A stretch of DNA of 64,000 nucleotides from Candidatus Aldehydirespiratoraceae bacterium (GCA_965198315.1 OZ240616.1:391096-455095); one strand, 5' to 3'. Positions 10,355 to 20,183 are shown, counted from the first letter of the stretch. The notes: generated from the letters alone by a model not told the origin. A program made the numbers and translations.

Positions 10355-10819
10355 TTACGAGAAGCGGGAGGCGAAGCCGATCCGTAGGGCTGGTCTGAAG
10401 CAGAGTTCGACGGCCGCCCACAATGATCCCAAGATTCGGTCAAGTTCAGCTTCGGTCACCGCTGCTACGGGCAACGACCCGGCCAAGAACACCGCATCCT
10501 CCTCGCCGATCTCGAATGCCAGCCCGGTCAATTTGTGGTTGCGGCGCAACAGTTGGCGATAGAACTCGGCTTCGTTCTCTTCGGGTGCCGGCATCACGTA
10601 GGTCTCGAACTGCAGGGTGCGCTGACGCAGGGTGAGCCAGGCTGTCCAGACATCCTTCTCTTCACCGAGTACCCGGACGAACCAGCGGACATGGTCATCG
10701 GTATCGCGTTCCACTGCGTCGATCAGCGGATTGGACGCCGCGGCTTGTTCCAGCCAGGCGTCGATGCGCTGCTCTACGGCTGCCAGCTCGGCGGGTGTGG
10801 CGAGAGGCGACTCCATCAC
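10355..10819 (-). CDS. YbjN-domain protein (sensory-transduction-regulator-like)
   Basis: 154-aa acidic protein immediately downstream of mshA, the same arrangement I recall for Mycobacterium Rv0486-Rv0487. Fold assignment is from memory. Confidence 0.65.
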   Translation of the reverse strand: MMESPLATPAELAAVEQRIDAWLEQAAASNPLIDAVERDTDDHVRWFVRVLGEEKDVWTAWLTLRQRTLQFETYVMPAPEENEAEFYRQLLRRNHKLTGLAFEIGEEDAVFLAGSLPVAAVTEAELDRILGSLWAAVELCFRPALRIGFASRFS

Positions 10820-10845
10820 GCGACGTTACCGAGAGTGCCTGAGGT

Positions 10846-12096
10846 TCACGTGCAGTCAACCGGCACGCGAGCCGCGATGTCGTCATAGACACGGCGCAAC
10901 CGTCCGGCCATCGTCGTCCAGGTGTAGGACCGGGCCGAAGTCGCGGCATTGCGTGACAACTCATCGGCGAGCAACGGTGAAGCCAAGATCGAACCAGCTG
11001 CCTCGGCAAACTCGGCCGGATCACGGCCCGCAATTCGGAATCCCGTGCGACCGTGCTCTACAAGCGTGCGCAGCCCTCCCACATCGGATGCAACAACGGG
11101 CGTTCCGCAGGCCGCTGCTTCAAGGGCCACTAGGCCGAAGGACTCCGAACGGCTCGGTACCAGACACACATCGGCAGCCCGGTAATACGTCGAAAGCAGA
11201 TGGTGCGGTTGTGGCTCGACAATCTCTACCCGCTCGGCGAGGCCATTGTTGGCTATGAGCTTTTCCAACCGGGCAACTTCGGTGTCACCGTCAGTACCGC
11301 TCGCCCCTCCCACGATCAGCAGTCGAGCCTCGGGATCGTTGAGTTCGGCCAGCGCCTCAACAGCAACATCAGCGCCTTTCAATGGCTGGATACGACCGAC
11401 GAACAACAGCACTGGGCCAGAACCCAGTCCGAGGGCCTGGCGTGCTCCGTGTTGTGCCCCAGCAGAGAAGAAGGCGTGGTTGACTCCTGGGGGAACGATC
11501 TCAATGCGGTCCGGGTCGGCCCCGTAATGCGACACCAACTCGTGCAACTCAGTCACGGAGTTGGCGGTGATCACGTCGGAGCAGCGGATCACATCGATCT
11601 CGGCGTCGATGCGCAGTTGCGGCTCGGGATCACCAGTTTCGGCCTTTACCCGCGCCAGCGTGTGAAAGGTCGCTACCAACGGCAAATCGAGTTCGTGTTT
11701 CAACCGGTGACCTGCAACTCCAGACAGCCAGTAGTTGGCGTGGATCACGTCGACAGGATCGCGCAGCAGGTAACCCCGAACCTGATCAGCAAAGTCATCG
11801 ACAATTCCGGGTAGTGCCTCTTTGGCGAGGCCGACGGGGCCCGCTTCGATGTGCACGACTCGGAACCCGGGTTCCACATCAACAACCTCGGGTAGCGCAT
11901 CGGCCCAGCGTCGGACATAGACGGTGGCATCGGCTCCAGCTTGGGCCAACGAGGAGACGAGTTCCCTGACATAGACGTTCATGCCGCCCGCGTCGCCTCC
12001 GCCGGGTTGCACCAGCGGCGACGTGTGGAGCGAAAGAACTGCGACCCGACTCACCACGCCACCTCGTAAGGTCCGCCCGCGCATGTTCGGTGGCAA
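10846..12096 (-). CDS. mshA: D-inositol-3-phosphate glycosyltransferase (mycothiol biosynthesis)
   Basis: VAVLSLHTSPLVQPGGGDAGGMNVYV N-terminus and ESFGLVALEAAACGTPVVAS GT4 motif. Confidence 0.9.
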   Translation of the reverse strand: MPPNMRGRTLRGGVVSRVAVLSLHTSPLVQPGGGDAGGMNVYVRELVSSLAQAGADATVYVRRWADALPEVVDVEPGFRVVHIEAGPVGLAKEALPGIVDDFADQVRGYLLRDPVDVIHANYWLSGVAGHRLKHELDLPLVATFHTLARVKAETGDPEPQLRIDAEIDVIRCSDVITANSVTELHELVSHYGADPDRIEIVPPGVNHAFFSAGAQHGARQALGLGSGPVLLFVGRIQPLKGADVAVEALAELNDPEARLLIVGGASGTDGDTEVARLEKLIANNGLAERVEIVEPQPHHLLSTYYRAADVCLVPSRSESFGLVALEAAACGTPVVASDVGGLRTLVEHGRTGFRIAGRDPAEFAEAAGSILASPLLADELSRNAATSARSYTWTTMAGRLRRVYDDIAARVPVDCT

Positions 12097-12136
12097 TCCA
12101 TTTTTTGAACGATACCCAACCTTTGAGCCGACGACG

Positions 12137-12254
12137 CCGCAGACCCCCCAACATCAACCTCCCGAGACAGGGGGCAGCACGGCGCGTTGCCCACGCTGCG
12201 GACGGCACCGCAGACCCCTCCCCGTCAACCTCCCGAGACAGGGGGCAGCACGGC
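12137..12254. repeat. 47-bp imperfect direct repeat pair duplicating the 3' end of moaD
   Basis: 12137-12183 and 12208-12254 both read ccgcagacccc..tcaacctcccgagacagggggcagcacggc, with 4 mismatches. The right copy contains the moaD stop and the last codons (AVLPPVSGG). Confidence 0.9.
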
Positions 12255-12467
12255 AATCTCGTCGCTGTCGGTGACGCGCTCGTCCCGCTCGGTCGGGTCG
12301 CCGTTGCGCCAGATAGCGCATGTCTCCAGCACCGCCTCGAAATCTGATCCATAGCAATCGACTGCGGCCTCAAGAATGTCGCCGACGGTGGAACCAGCGA
12401 ATTCGTCGCTGCGACGCCCAGCTGCTTCCCGGGCCGAAGCAAACAATCGGATCGTGGCCATCACCAA
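12225..12467 (-). CDS. moaD: MoaD/ThiS-family sulfur-carrier protein
   Basis: 80 aa with a C-terminal ...LPPVSGG di-glycine end and beta-grasp-like length. Confidence 0.8.
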   Translation of the reverse strand: MVMATIRLFASAREAAGRRSDEFAGSTVGDILEAAVDCYGSDFEAVLETCAIWRNGDPTERDERVTDSDEIAVLPPVSGG

Positions 12468-12543
12468 ACGCTACCGGTCAGTTTCGCAGCCTGGGGTGGT
12501 ATCCCCGATCTTGTCACACGGCACCGGTACGGTCGGCGCCATC

Positions 12544-13137
12544 ATGTTGAACGTGCTTATTGCCCGCCACGGGCAGTCGGAATGGAACCAACTCGGGCGC
12601 TGGCAGGGCCAAGCCGACCCCCAGCTTTCGGAGTTCGGATTCGCTCAGGCATCCGACGCGGCGGCGCATTGCGGTTCCTTCGACGCGATCATTTCAAGCA
12701 ACCTTCAGCGAGCCAGCCAAACGGCCGTGGTGATCTCAGAAGTCACAGGTATCGGCCCCGTGCTGATCGACGACTCTTTCTCAGAACGCGATGTCGGTTC
12801 ATACCAAGGGTTGACCCGCGAAGAGATCGACGAACGGTTCCCCGGTCAACTCGACGCCGGTGTCTGGCCCGAGGGTTGGGAACCCGACGAGTCGGTATTG
12901 CGGCGTGTCTTAGAAGGACTGGAGAGGCTACGCCGGCAGTGCGAAACCGGCGATGTGCTCGTTGTCGCCCACGGTGGGGTCATCTACGCCCTGGAACGCC
13001 AATTCGGCAACGAATACAACCGGATCCCCAATCTCGAAGGCCGTTGGTTTCACCACGACGGCACAAGTTGGCACCTCGGCGAGCGGGTAGCGCTCACCCA
13101 AAAAATCACACCTCAAAAACAGGATCTGATCCTATGA
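12544..13137 (+). CDS. histidine phosphatase (phosphoglycerate-mutase-like) family protein
   Basis: MLNVLIARHGQSEWN (RHG motif) and VVAHGGVI. ATG at 12544 chosen; the upstream part of the track ORF overlaps moaD antisense. Confidence 0.8.
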   Translation: MLNVLIARHGQSEWNQLGRWQGQADPQLSEFGFAQASDAAAHCGSFDAIISSNLQRASQTAVVISEVTGIGPVLIDDSFSERDVGSYQGLTREEIDERFPGQLDAGVWPEGWEPDESVLRRVLEGLERLRRQCETGDVLVVAHGGVIYALERQFGNEYNRIPNLEGRWFHHDGTSWHLGERVALTQKITPQKQDLIL

Positions 13138-13718
13138 CCGACATTCCATCCTCGAATTTCATGTCCTCGCGCTACCCGATAGAAGTCATCCGCAGCGACC
13201 GCAGAGTCAAAACCGTCTCCGCCCGCATCGTTGAGGGGGTGATCCGAGTACGGATCCCCTCTTGGATGACTTCACGGGATGAAGCCGAGTATGTCAGCGA
13301 CATTGTTGACCGCATCGAGAGACAGCGACGCTCCCACGGAATCGACCTAGCAAGCCGCGCTCGGGTGCTGGCAGAAAAGTTCGATCTGCCACTACCGACT
13401 TCGATTCGCTGGTCCAAGACCCAACGACAGCGATGGGGTTCCTGCTCCCCCCACAGCGGTCACATCCGCATCTCCGACCGACTCGTGGATGTGCCTCCCT
13501 GGGTGTTGGATCATGTGATCGTGCATGAACTGGCGCACCTTGTGGTTCCCAACCACTCCCCGGCCTTCGACGCGTTGGAGCAGCGCAACCCTCTGACGGA
13601 ACGGGCTATTGGATACCTGATGGCCCTGAACGATCGAACTGACCCGGTTGCCACGCTCTCCCCCGTGGCTGATCTCCCGGCGCAGGTCGACACCAGCGGT
13701 TTACCTCAGGCCGGCTAG
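13134..13718 (+). CDS. YgjP-like (DUF45/M48-type) zinc metallopeptidase
   Basis: HELAHL zinc motif. The ATGA start/stop overlaps the preceding gene. The longer track ORF (12582-) is an Arg-rich out-of-frame shadow. Confidence 0.8.
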   Translation: MTDIPSSNFMSSRYPIEVIRSDRRVKTVSARIVEGVIRVRIPSWMTSRDEAEYVSDIVDRIERQRRSHGIDLASRARVLAEKFDLPLPTSIRWSKTQRQRWGSCSPHSGHIRISDRLVDVPPWVLDHVIVHELAHLVVPNHSPAFDALEQRNPLTERAIGYLMALNDRTDPVATLSPVADLPAQVDTSGLPQAG

Positions 13719-15209
13719 CTCCTCTGACCCAACCCCGTGATCCGGCGAAGTGCTCGATGTCGGCTGGACTCTTCCGGCTAGCCAGGCAGCCTCGGCGTGG
13801 CCCATTGGTGTGCTGGGAGGCGCGTCGGTCCATTCCCAGAGTTCCTCAGAAATCCTCCTCCAATTGGCCCTGGCTCCCAGTTTCCCCAGGATGGAGAACA
13901 AGCCGAGGTTGATGCGCTGAATCAGGGCGAACGTGGGCGGCACGTTGGTGTGCTTCAAAATCGCATGGGTCTTGGCATCGAAGGTTTGACGGAGGAGCCC
14001 GGCGCTGTAGTCGGAGGTGAACGTGACAGGGGCGTCGTCGAGGATCATCTCGTAGTAGGCAGCAAACCAATCAAAGATTTCCTGATCCTCAAATGGCGCA
14101 TCCGCCCGCAGCACTTTCACCTCCTCCGCAGTGCTGCGGAATTCGGCGGGATCCCGTCGAATCATTGCCCGAATCAGCCGGGCGAACTGCTCTACTTCGG
14201 TGGGTTCGAAGTGTTTCACCAGCCCGAAATCGAGGAAAGCGATGCGGCCATCGTCGGCTAGCAGATAGTTGCCCGGGTGGGGGTCGCCGTTGAACACATG
14301 CAGGCGGTTCAAGCTGCGAAACACGAAACGGTAGACAACTTCAGCGACTCGCTCCTTCACCTCGTCCGTTTCGTCATAGACGGTCTCAAACGGTCGTCCG
14401 GCAACATATTCGGTGGTCAGAACTCGATCCGTGGAACGCTCCGGGTCAACATCAGGTACCCAAATATGGGGGTGGCCGCGGTAGTAGTCGGCGAAGAGCA
14501 TCTGGTTCGCCGCTTCGTGGTGATAGTCGAGTTCTTCGCTGATGCGAGCACGAAGTTCGGCCACTAGGTCGTCGGGGTGAAGCCCCGGGTAGACCATGCT
14601 CAAGAGCCTGGCGAGGGTTTCGCTGTTGTCAAGATCGGCCGCTATGGCTTGGGCGATCCCCGGGTACTGAACCTTCACCGCCACTGCCTTCCCTTCAGTG
14701 GTGATGGCTCGGTGAACTTGGCCGATCGAAGCAGCGGCTATTGGTTCTGGATCGATTTCTGCGAACACCTCGTGGAGCGGACGGCCCAGTGCCCGTTCGA
14801 TCTCGGTGAGGGCCAGATCCGAGGGCATCGGTGGGGCGCCGCTGCGCAAGCTGGCGAGCGCTCTACTCATCGCGGGTGGCATACCTTCGTCGAGGTAGCT
14901 CGCCATCTGACCGAGCTTCATCAACGCGCCCTTCATTTCTCCAAGGGCTGCCACGACATCTTCGGCTTCACGACGTTCGAGGTCAGCTTGCAGACGACGC
15001 CGTGACCCGTCGGCAGCTAGTTTCAGGCGCGCCTTGGTCATGCTCCTGTCAAAGGCGCGGCGAACCATCAGTCGCGCCATCTCAGCGCGGCGCTGGGCTC
15101 GGCTCAACGCCGCGATTGGCGAGGTTGCCGACCGCTGGGGGCGTCGAAAACGAAACACGCCCGCGACCACGGCCAACAGAGCAACCAGGGTCAATCCTCC
15201 GCGTCGCAT
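13701..15209 (-). CDS. ABC1/UbiB-family atypical kinase
   Basis: ASIGQVHRA, AVKVQYPG, HGDPHPGN and LDFG motifs. N-terminal TM segment. Confidence 0.85.
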   Translation of the reverse strand: MRRGGLTLVALLAVVAGVFRFRRPQRSATSPIAALSRAQRRAEMARLMVRRAFDRSMTKARLKLAADGSRRRLQADLERREAEDVVAALGEMKGALMKLGQMASYLDEGMPPAMSRALASLRSGAPPMPSDLALTEIERALGRPLHEVFAEIDPEPIAAASIGQVHRAITTEGKAVAVKVQYPGIAQAIAADLDNSETLARLLSMVYPGLHPDDLVAELRARISEELDYHHEAANQMLFADYYRGHPHIWVPDVDPERSTDRVLTTEYVAGRPFETVYDETDEVKERVAEVVYRFVFRSLNRLHVFNGDPHPGNYLLADDGRIAFLDFGLVKHFEPTEVEQFARLIRAMIRRDPAEFRSTAEEVKVLRADAPFEDQEIFDWFAAYYEMILDDAPVTFTSDYSAGLLRQTFDAKTHAILKHTNVPPTFALIQRINLGLFSILGKLGARANWRRISEELWEWTDAPPSTPMGHAEAAWLAGRVQPTSSTSPDHGVGSEELAGLR

Positions 15210-15215
15210 CTCGGT

Positions 15216-15575
15216 TCAGTTCTCGTCGGGAAGGTCCGGGCTCTCGAGCCGTTCCGCCAGTTCTTCTGCTCGTTCCAGTTCATCTTGGTCGAGCGCTTCG
15301 AGCACTTCGTCCACCAGATCAAGCGCGGCGCTTGCGCCGATGACTTCCGCATCGGATCCGCGAGAATCCGCGGATCCGCGTTCGCTGGAGCTGGCGGCTG
15401 TGCTTTTGCCGATGACTTCCGCATCGGCTGTGCTGGCGCCAATGACTTCCGCATCGGCTGTGCTTTTGCCGATGACTTCCGCATCGGATCCGCGGTCACC
15501 CTCGGGGACGGGTGTTGTGGGGTCTTGGTCGGGGTTTGGTGGGGGGGTCGTGTCTGGGGAGGGTTCGTCGGGCAT
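15216..15575 (-). CDS. small acidic repeat protein (DAEVIG-x-STA decapeptide repeats)
   Basis: ATG at 15575-15573, 119 aa, and the stop lies 6 nt before the ABC1-kinase start. Three consecutive 30-nt units start at 15409/15439/15469, with a fourth copy at 15336. Coding status is unproven. Confidence 0.4.
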   Translation of the reverse strand: MPDEPSPDTTPPPNPDQDPTTPVPEGDRGSDAEVIGKSTADAEVIGASTADAEVIGKSTAASSSERGSADSRGSDAEVIGASAALDLVDEVLEALDQDELERAEELAERLESPDLPDEN

Positions 15576-15660
15576 TAGGGGTGAGGGTAACCAACCCGAA
15601 CCGCGCTTTTTCGTTCGGCCCGATCTGACATGTGCTCGCGGGGCGCGGCAGGCTACGGCA

Positions 15661-17607
15661 ATGAATACCCGCCACCCCCACGCCGGCCAGCCGTTCACTG
15701 ATGATGACGCTGCTATTGCCGCGGCTCTCGAAGAGGTCAGCATCCCCACCCTGATGTGCACGATGGTCCACATCACCGGGGATCTCAGTTGGATCCGCGG
15801 TGATATCAAACCTGCCGGCTTGTTCCTCAACGAGTACCAGGGCTACATGGATGAAGAGTCCAAAGCTGAGGTGCGGCGCAGTGCCCTGCCTGAGATCATC
15901 GCCTACCGCGACCGCGGCTGTGTCTTGGCTGAGCCACAGCTGGATGCTGATCTTCTGCACGAAATGATGAATTTCATCGGGGTTGCCGAGATCCCGGGGG
16001 AAGTCGTGCCGATGATGCTCGACGAGATGGGACTCGGCGACACCGATGTGAACCGCATTGATTGGTCCGAGCAGATTTCAGATGACGTCAAGAGAGCCTT
16101 CCCGGTCGTGGTGATCGGTTGTGGTCAGTCGGGCCTGTTGGCCGGCATTCGTCTGAAAGAGGCCGGTCTTCCCTTCACGATCCTCGAAAAGAACGGTGGA
16201 CCTGGTGGTACCTGGTGGGAGAACCGCTATCCGGGAGCCCGGGTTGATGTCGGCAGCCACTTCTACTGCTACTCCTTTGAGCCCTCGGACCATTGGACGG
16301 AGTACTTCTCTCAACAACCCGAACTGCAGCAGTACTTCGTCGACGTGATGAAGCGCAACGAAATCACCGATCACTGCCGCTTCGACACCGAAGTCGTCGG
16401 AGCCACTCTCGACGAGTCCACAGGAATCTGGACCGTTGAGATTCGTACGGCCGACGGTGTCGAGGAGTCGCTGCCCGCCCGTGCGATCATTAGCGCCGTC
16501 GGTTCCCTGAACCGCGCGAAAATGCCTGAAATCGACGGCATCAGCAACTTCGAGGGGCCGTCGTTTCACTCCACTCGCTGGGACCACACGGTCGACATCA
16601 CCAACAAACGGTTCGCTCTGGTCGGAGCCGGAGCGAGTGGCTTTCAGATTGCTCCCACCATCGCCGATCAGGTCGAACATCTATCGATCTTTCAACGTAC
16701 GGCTCAATGGATGTTCCCCAACCCGAACTACCACGAGAAAGTACCCGAAGGGCAGAAGTGGGCGATCCGCCACCTGCCGTTCTTCGGGCGCTGGTTCCGG
16801 TTCTTACAGTTCTGGCCGGGTTCTGGAGGAGATCTGAGCAGCAGTCGTATCGACCCTGACTACGACGACAGCGACGGATATGCCATCAGCGAACGAAATC
16901 TGGCAACTCGAGGTTTCTTTGAGGGTTGGCTACGGCAACAGGTCGGCGACGACGAGGAACTGTTGGCCAAGGTCATTCCCGACTATCCAGCGACCGGAAA
17001 ACGGACTTTGCAGGACAACGGATCGTGGCTCGCTGCGTTGACCCGCGACGATGTCGACCTCATCCGCACCGGTATTGAGCGCATCGAGCCGACCGGCGTG
17101 CGCACAACCGACGGCGAGCTGCACGAGATCGACGTGATCTGCTACGCAACCGGATTTCACCACAACCGTTTCCTGTGGCCGATGGACATCCGCGGGCGCC
17201 GAGGCAAGCTCCTCAATGACTACTGGGGCGAGGAACCGACCGCCTATCTCGGAATAACCATCCCGGAGTTCCCCAACTTGTTCTGCATGTACGGACCAGG
17301 CACCAATCTGGCTCACGGCGGAAGCCTCATCTTCCACTCCGAATGCCAGATCACCTACATCATGGGGTGCTTGGAACAGCTTCTCGACGGGGACCACCGT
17401 CTGATGGAACCCCGACCGGAGATACACGACGCCTACAACGCTCACCGCAAGAGAGAGATCGACCAGATGGTCTGGAGCCACTGGTCGATCCCCCACACGC
17501 ATTACAAGAACGCCAACGGCGACGTGTTCACCCTGTCGCCCTGGCCGATCCATACCTACCAGCAGTGGACCAAGGCCCCCGACTCCAGCGAATACACCTT
17601 CACTTGA
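15661..17607 (+). CDS. flavin-containing (Baeyer-Villiger-type) monooxygenase
   Basis: VVVIGCGQSGLLAG FAD motif, GGTWWENRYPGARVD and ALVGAGASG NADPH motif. ATG at 15661 chosen; upstream track-ORF residues are low-complexity repeat translation. Confidence 0.85.
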   Translation: MNTRHPHAGQPFTDDDAAIAAALEEVSIPTLMCTMVHITGDLSWIRGDIKPAGLFLNEYQGYMDEESKAEVRRSALPEIIAYRDRGCVLAEPQLDADLLHEMMNFIGVAEIPGEVVPMMLDEMGLGDTDVNRIDWSEQISDDVKRAFPVVVIGCGQSGLLAGIRLKEAGLPFTILEKNGGPGGTWWENRYPGARVDVGSHFYCYSFEPSDHWTEYFSQQPELQQYFVDVMKRNEITDHCRFDTEVVGATLDESTGIWTVEIRTADGVEESLPARAIISAVGSLNRAKMPEIDGISNFEGPSFHSTRWDHTVDITNKRFALVGAGASGFQIAPTIADQVEHLSIFQRTAQWMFPNPNYHEKVPEGQKWAIRHLPFFGRWFRFLQFWPGSGGDLSSSRIDPDYDDSDGYAISERNLATRGFFEGWLRQQVGDDEELLAKVIPDYPATGKRTLQDNGSWLAALTRDDVDLIRTGIERIEPTGVRTTDGELHEIDVICYATGFHHNRFLWPMDIRGRRGKLLNDYWGEEPTAYLGITIPEFPNLFCMYGPGTNLAHGGSLIFHSECQITYIMGCLEQLLDGDHRLMEPRPEIHDAYNAHRKREIDQMVWSHWSIPHTHYKNANGDVFTLSPWPIHTYQQWTKAPDSSEYTFT

Positions 17608-17727
17608 GAACTGAGCGCACCTGAGAGCCGAGTCACCTGACGATTCTTGCTTGGCGGGCGTCACAGGCTGTGTCGTAGGGGTCGTCTATGCTCCAAACAA
17701 TCCACGCTGGGATCGGAGGTGATCGAT

Positions 17728-19236
17728 ATGGCGGTGATCGAAACCACGAGAATCGTTACAGGTAGGCTCGACGCGGCCAACAATTTGAGGCACCTGGCCG
17801 ACTCTCTGAACGAGGAGTTGGAACAGATCACCGACCGGGTCCGACGGTCTGGCATAGGGCAGTTCACGACTCCTTCTGATGTCGCTCGCACCATCGCATC
17901 GCTAGTTGAACCCACCGGTCAACCACTCAGAGTGATCGACCCCGGTGCCGGAACTGGCGCATTGATGCTCGCCTTGATCGCCGATTTCATCGAACGAGGC
18001 ATCGAAGTACCGATAGAAGTTGACCTCATCGAGACCGACTCCACCGCGATCAATCTGTTGCAAAGAGCCGCACAAGCGGCGCGAGTAACCGCGGACGCCT
18101 ACGGGATACCGCTCGAAACTCGGATCGTCGAACGCGACTTCTGCGACATCTCCGACTGGGCAGGAGACCGCCGGTTTGATATTGCGATCATGAACCCCCC
18201 GTACATGAAACTCAACTCTCGAGATCCTTGCCGCCGGATGGTTCTTCGTCGCCACGGTTTCGACTGCCCCAACCTGTATGCCGCGTTCCTCGCGGTCGCA
18301 ACTGACCTGTTGCAAGACGGCGGCCAACTTGTCGCCATCACACCTCGGTCCTTTACCAACGGTCTCTACTTCACAAAATTCCGCAAGGAGTTGATGAGCA
18401 GAGCCGCGTTCCGCCGAGCCATCCTCTTCGACCGCCGTGACCGGCTCTTTCGGTCTTCATCTGTGCTCCAAGAAACGATCATCTTCTCGCTGAAGATGTC
18501 TACCCCTGCCGACAGCGACTCAGTCCGAGTTGAGACTCGCTCCGATCATCTCAGCGAACCTCACCAACTCCACGATGTCCTACATGACAACATCGTGTCG
18601 CCCCAGGACAGCCAGAGATTCATCAACCTTCCCGCAAGCCCCGCAGAAACGCATGTATCCAGCCAGGTAGCGGCACTTCCCGCCGACCTGACTTCGCTGT
18701 GCTTGAGTGTCTCAACAGGGCCCATCGTGGACTTTCGATCCCGCGAGTATCTTACCGAAGCCGGAGTCCCCGGATCCGTGCCTTTGATTTATCCGGCAAA
18801 CATCAAGACGACCGGTGTCGAGTGGCCCGTTGCGACCACCAAACCTCAAGGTTTCGCCGTCTCCAACACGAATAGACGAATGCTGTTTCCAAACGGCCCA
18901 TACGTGCTGACCAAGCGTTTTACCGCCAAAGAACAGCGCCGCCGAGTAGTCGCCGGGGTATACCTCCCAGTCAAGGGCTATGACTACATAGCGTTTGAGA
19001 ACCATGTGAACGTTGTTCACCGCGACCGAAAACCGATCAACCAGTCCGAAGCGATACAACTAGCGGAGTTCCTGAACAGCGAACTAGTCGATACCTATTT
19101 TAGAATGTTCAGTGGAAGCACCCAAGTAAACGCCTCCGATCTGAGACGACTGCGCTTCCCTCAACTAGAAGACGCCGATTCGACTCACGGAACTCATACT
19201 CAGAGACGCTTGTCGTTCACTGACATCACTGAGTAA
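17728..19236 (+). CDS. N6-adenine DNA methyltransferase, M.PstI/M.BsuBI-like
   Basis: VIDPGAGTGAL (motif I) and NPPY (motif IV, in DIAIMNPPYMK). ggagg RBS before ATG 17728. ~500 aa, as I recall for M.PstI. Confidence 0.85.
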   Translation: MAVIETTRIVTGRLDAANNLRHLADSLNEELEQITDRVRRSGIGQFTTPSDVARTIASLVEPTGQPLRVIDPGAGTGALMLALIADFIERGIEVPIEVDLIETDSTAINLLQRAAQAARVTADAYGIPLETRIVERDFCDISDWAGDRRFDIAIMNPPYMKLNSRDPCRRMVLRRHGFDCPNLYAAFLAVATDLLQDGGQLVAITPRSFTNGLYFTKFRKELMSRAAFRRAILFDRRDRLFRSSSVLQETIIFSLKMSTPADSDSVRVETRSDHLSEPHQLHDVLHDNIVSPQDSQRFINLPASPAETHVSSQVAALPADLTSLCLSVSTGPIVDFRSREYLTEAGVPGSVPLIYPANIKTTGVEWPVATTKPQGFAVSNTNRRMLFPNGPYVLTKRFTAKEQRRRVVAGVYLPVKGYDYIAFENHVNVVHRDRKPINQSEAIQLAEFLNSELVDTYFRMFSGSTQVNASDLRRLRFPQLEDADSTHGTHTQRRLSFTDITE

Positions 19237-19241
19237 TTCCG

Positions 19242-20183
19242 ATGACCACCACCGTCTCAGTCGAAGACTGCCGCTTGTTGCTACGCAATCTCGTATTGGA
19301 TCATGAACGTCAAAACGAACGTTCGGCGCTTGTCCTGCTGGCGCTGCTAGCCCTGCGGCCCAATGACTCATGGTCTGATGCAACAGCAGTTCCTCTCAGG
19401 ACCGTCGAAATCATGGCTTGGATCCGGGAACACTACGACATTGACTACAAGCCGAACACCCGTGAAAAAATTCGAAGCCAAACCCTCCACCAGTTTATTC
19501 AGGCTCACCTGGTCATTGAGAACCCTGACGACCCATCCCGTCCCATCAACTCTCCAAACTGGTGTTACCAAGTAACCGACGAGGCCCTCAGACTCATTCA
19601 ATCGCGTGGGACGGCCTACTTCGTCGAGAACCTGGACCGGTATCTTGACGCCAAGCCGGGGCTGGCGACGACTTACCGGCAAGAGCGCGAGTTGGCGAAG
19701 ATCCCGGTCACGTTGCCAGACGGGTCCAGCATCGTGTTGTCTGCTGGCGGTCAGAACCCCCTGCTCAAGAGCATGATTGAGGAGTTCTGTCCCAGATTCA
19801 CTCCTGGAGGCTCAGTTCTCTACGTTGGTGATGCCGGGGCGAAGTGGCTCATTTATCAAAGCGACGATTTGAATGCCCTAGGTGTCTCTATCGACGCTCA
19901 CGGAAAGATGCCCGATCTTGTGGTCCACATGGAGGATCGAAACTGGATTGTCCTGTTGGAAGCGGCGTCTACTCATGGACCCGTCGACCACACACGCCAC
20001 CTCGAACTCAAGAGTCTGTTTCAAAACTGCAAAGCGGGGCTTGTTTTCGTTTCCTGCTTCACAGATCAAGCAACGATGAAAAAATACCTGACCGATATCT
20101 CGTGGGAGACTGAGGTCTGGACCGCAGACCATCCCACTCACTTAGTGCACTTCAACGGCGACCGGTTCTTGGGACCCCATTAG
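19242..20183 (+). CDS. BsuBI/PstI-family type II restriction endonuclease
   Basis: 313 aa, 5 nt after the methylase. Overall pattern (N-terminal HTH-like part; C-terminal ...PDLVV....WIVLLEA.. nuclease core) matches my recollection of the BsuBI/PstI family. AT-richer than neighbours. Confidence 0.75.
   Translation: MTTTVSVEDCRLLLRNLVLDHERQNERSALVLLALLALRPNDSWSDATAVPLRTVEIMAWIREHYDIDYKPNTREKIRSQTLHQFIQAHLVIENPDDPSRPINSPNWCYQVTDEALRLIQSRGTAYFVENLDRYLDAKPGLATTYRQERELAKIPVTLPDGSSIVLSAGGQNPLLKSMIEEFCPRFTPGGSVLYVGDAGAKWLIYQSDDLNALGVSIDAHGKMPDLVVHMEDRNWIVLLEAASTHGPVDHTRHLELKSLFQNCKAGLVFVSCFTDQATMKKYLTDISWETEVWTADHPTHLVHFNGDRFLGPH

Noticed and set aside
12582-13133. N-terminal half of the 378-aa track ORF
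   Set aside because: It is an Arg/Pro-rich out-of-frame overlap of the histidine-phosphatase gene. The DUF45 protein starts at ATG 13134.
15216-15575. Pup-like (prokaryotic ubiquitin-like) protein
   Set aside because: The acidic helical tail is superficially similar, but the ORF lacks the C-terminal GGQ/GGE and ends in PDEN.
15034-15660. N-terminal 209 aa of the 857-aa track ORF (BVMO)
   Set aside because: This part is Ser/Ala/Pro/Arg low complexity and overlaps the ABC1 kinase start and the repeat array. The BVMO homology begins only after ATG 15661.
16078-17664. 200-aa and 244-aa minus-strand ORFs
   Set aside because: They are antisense to the BVMO gene.
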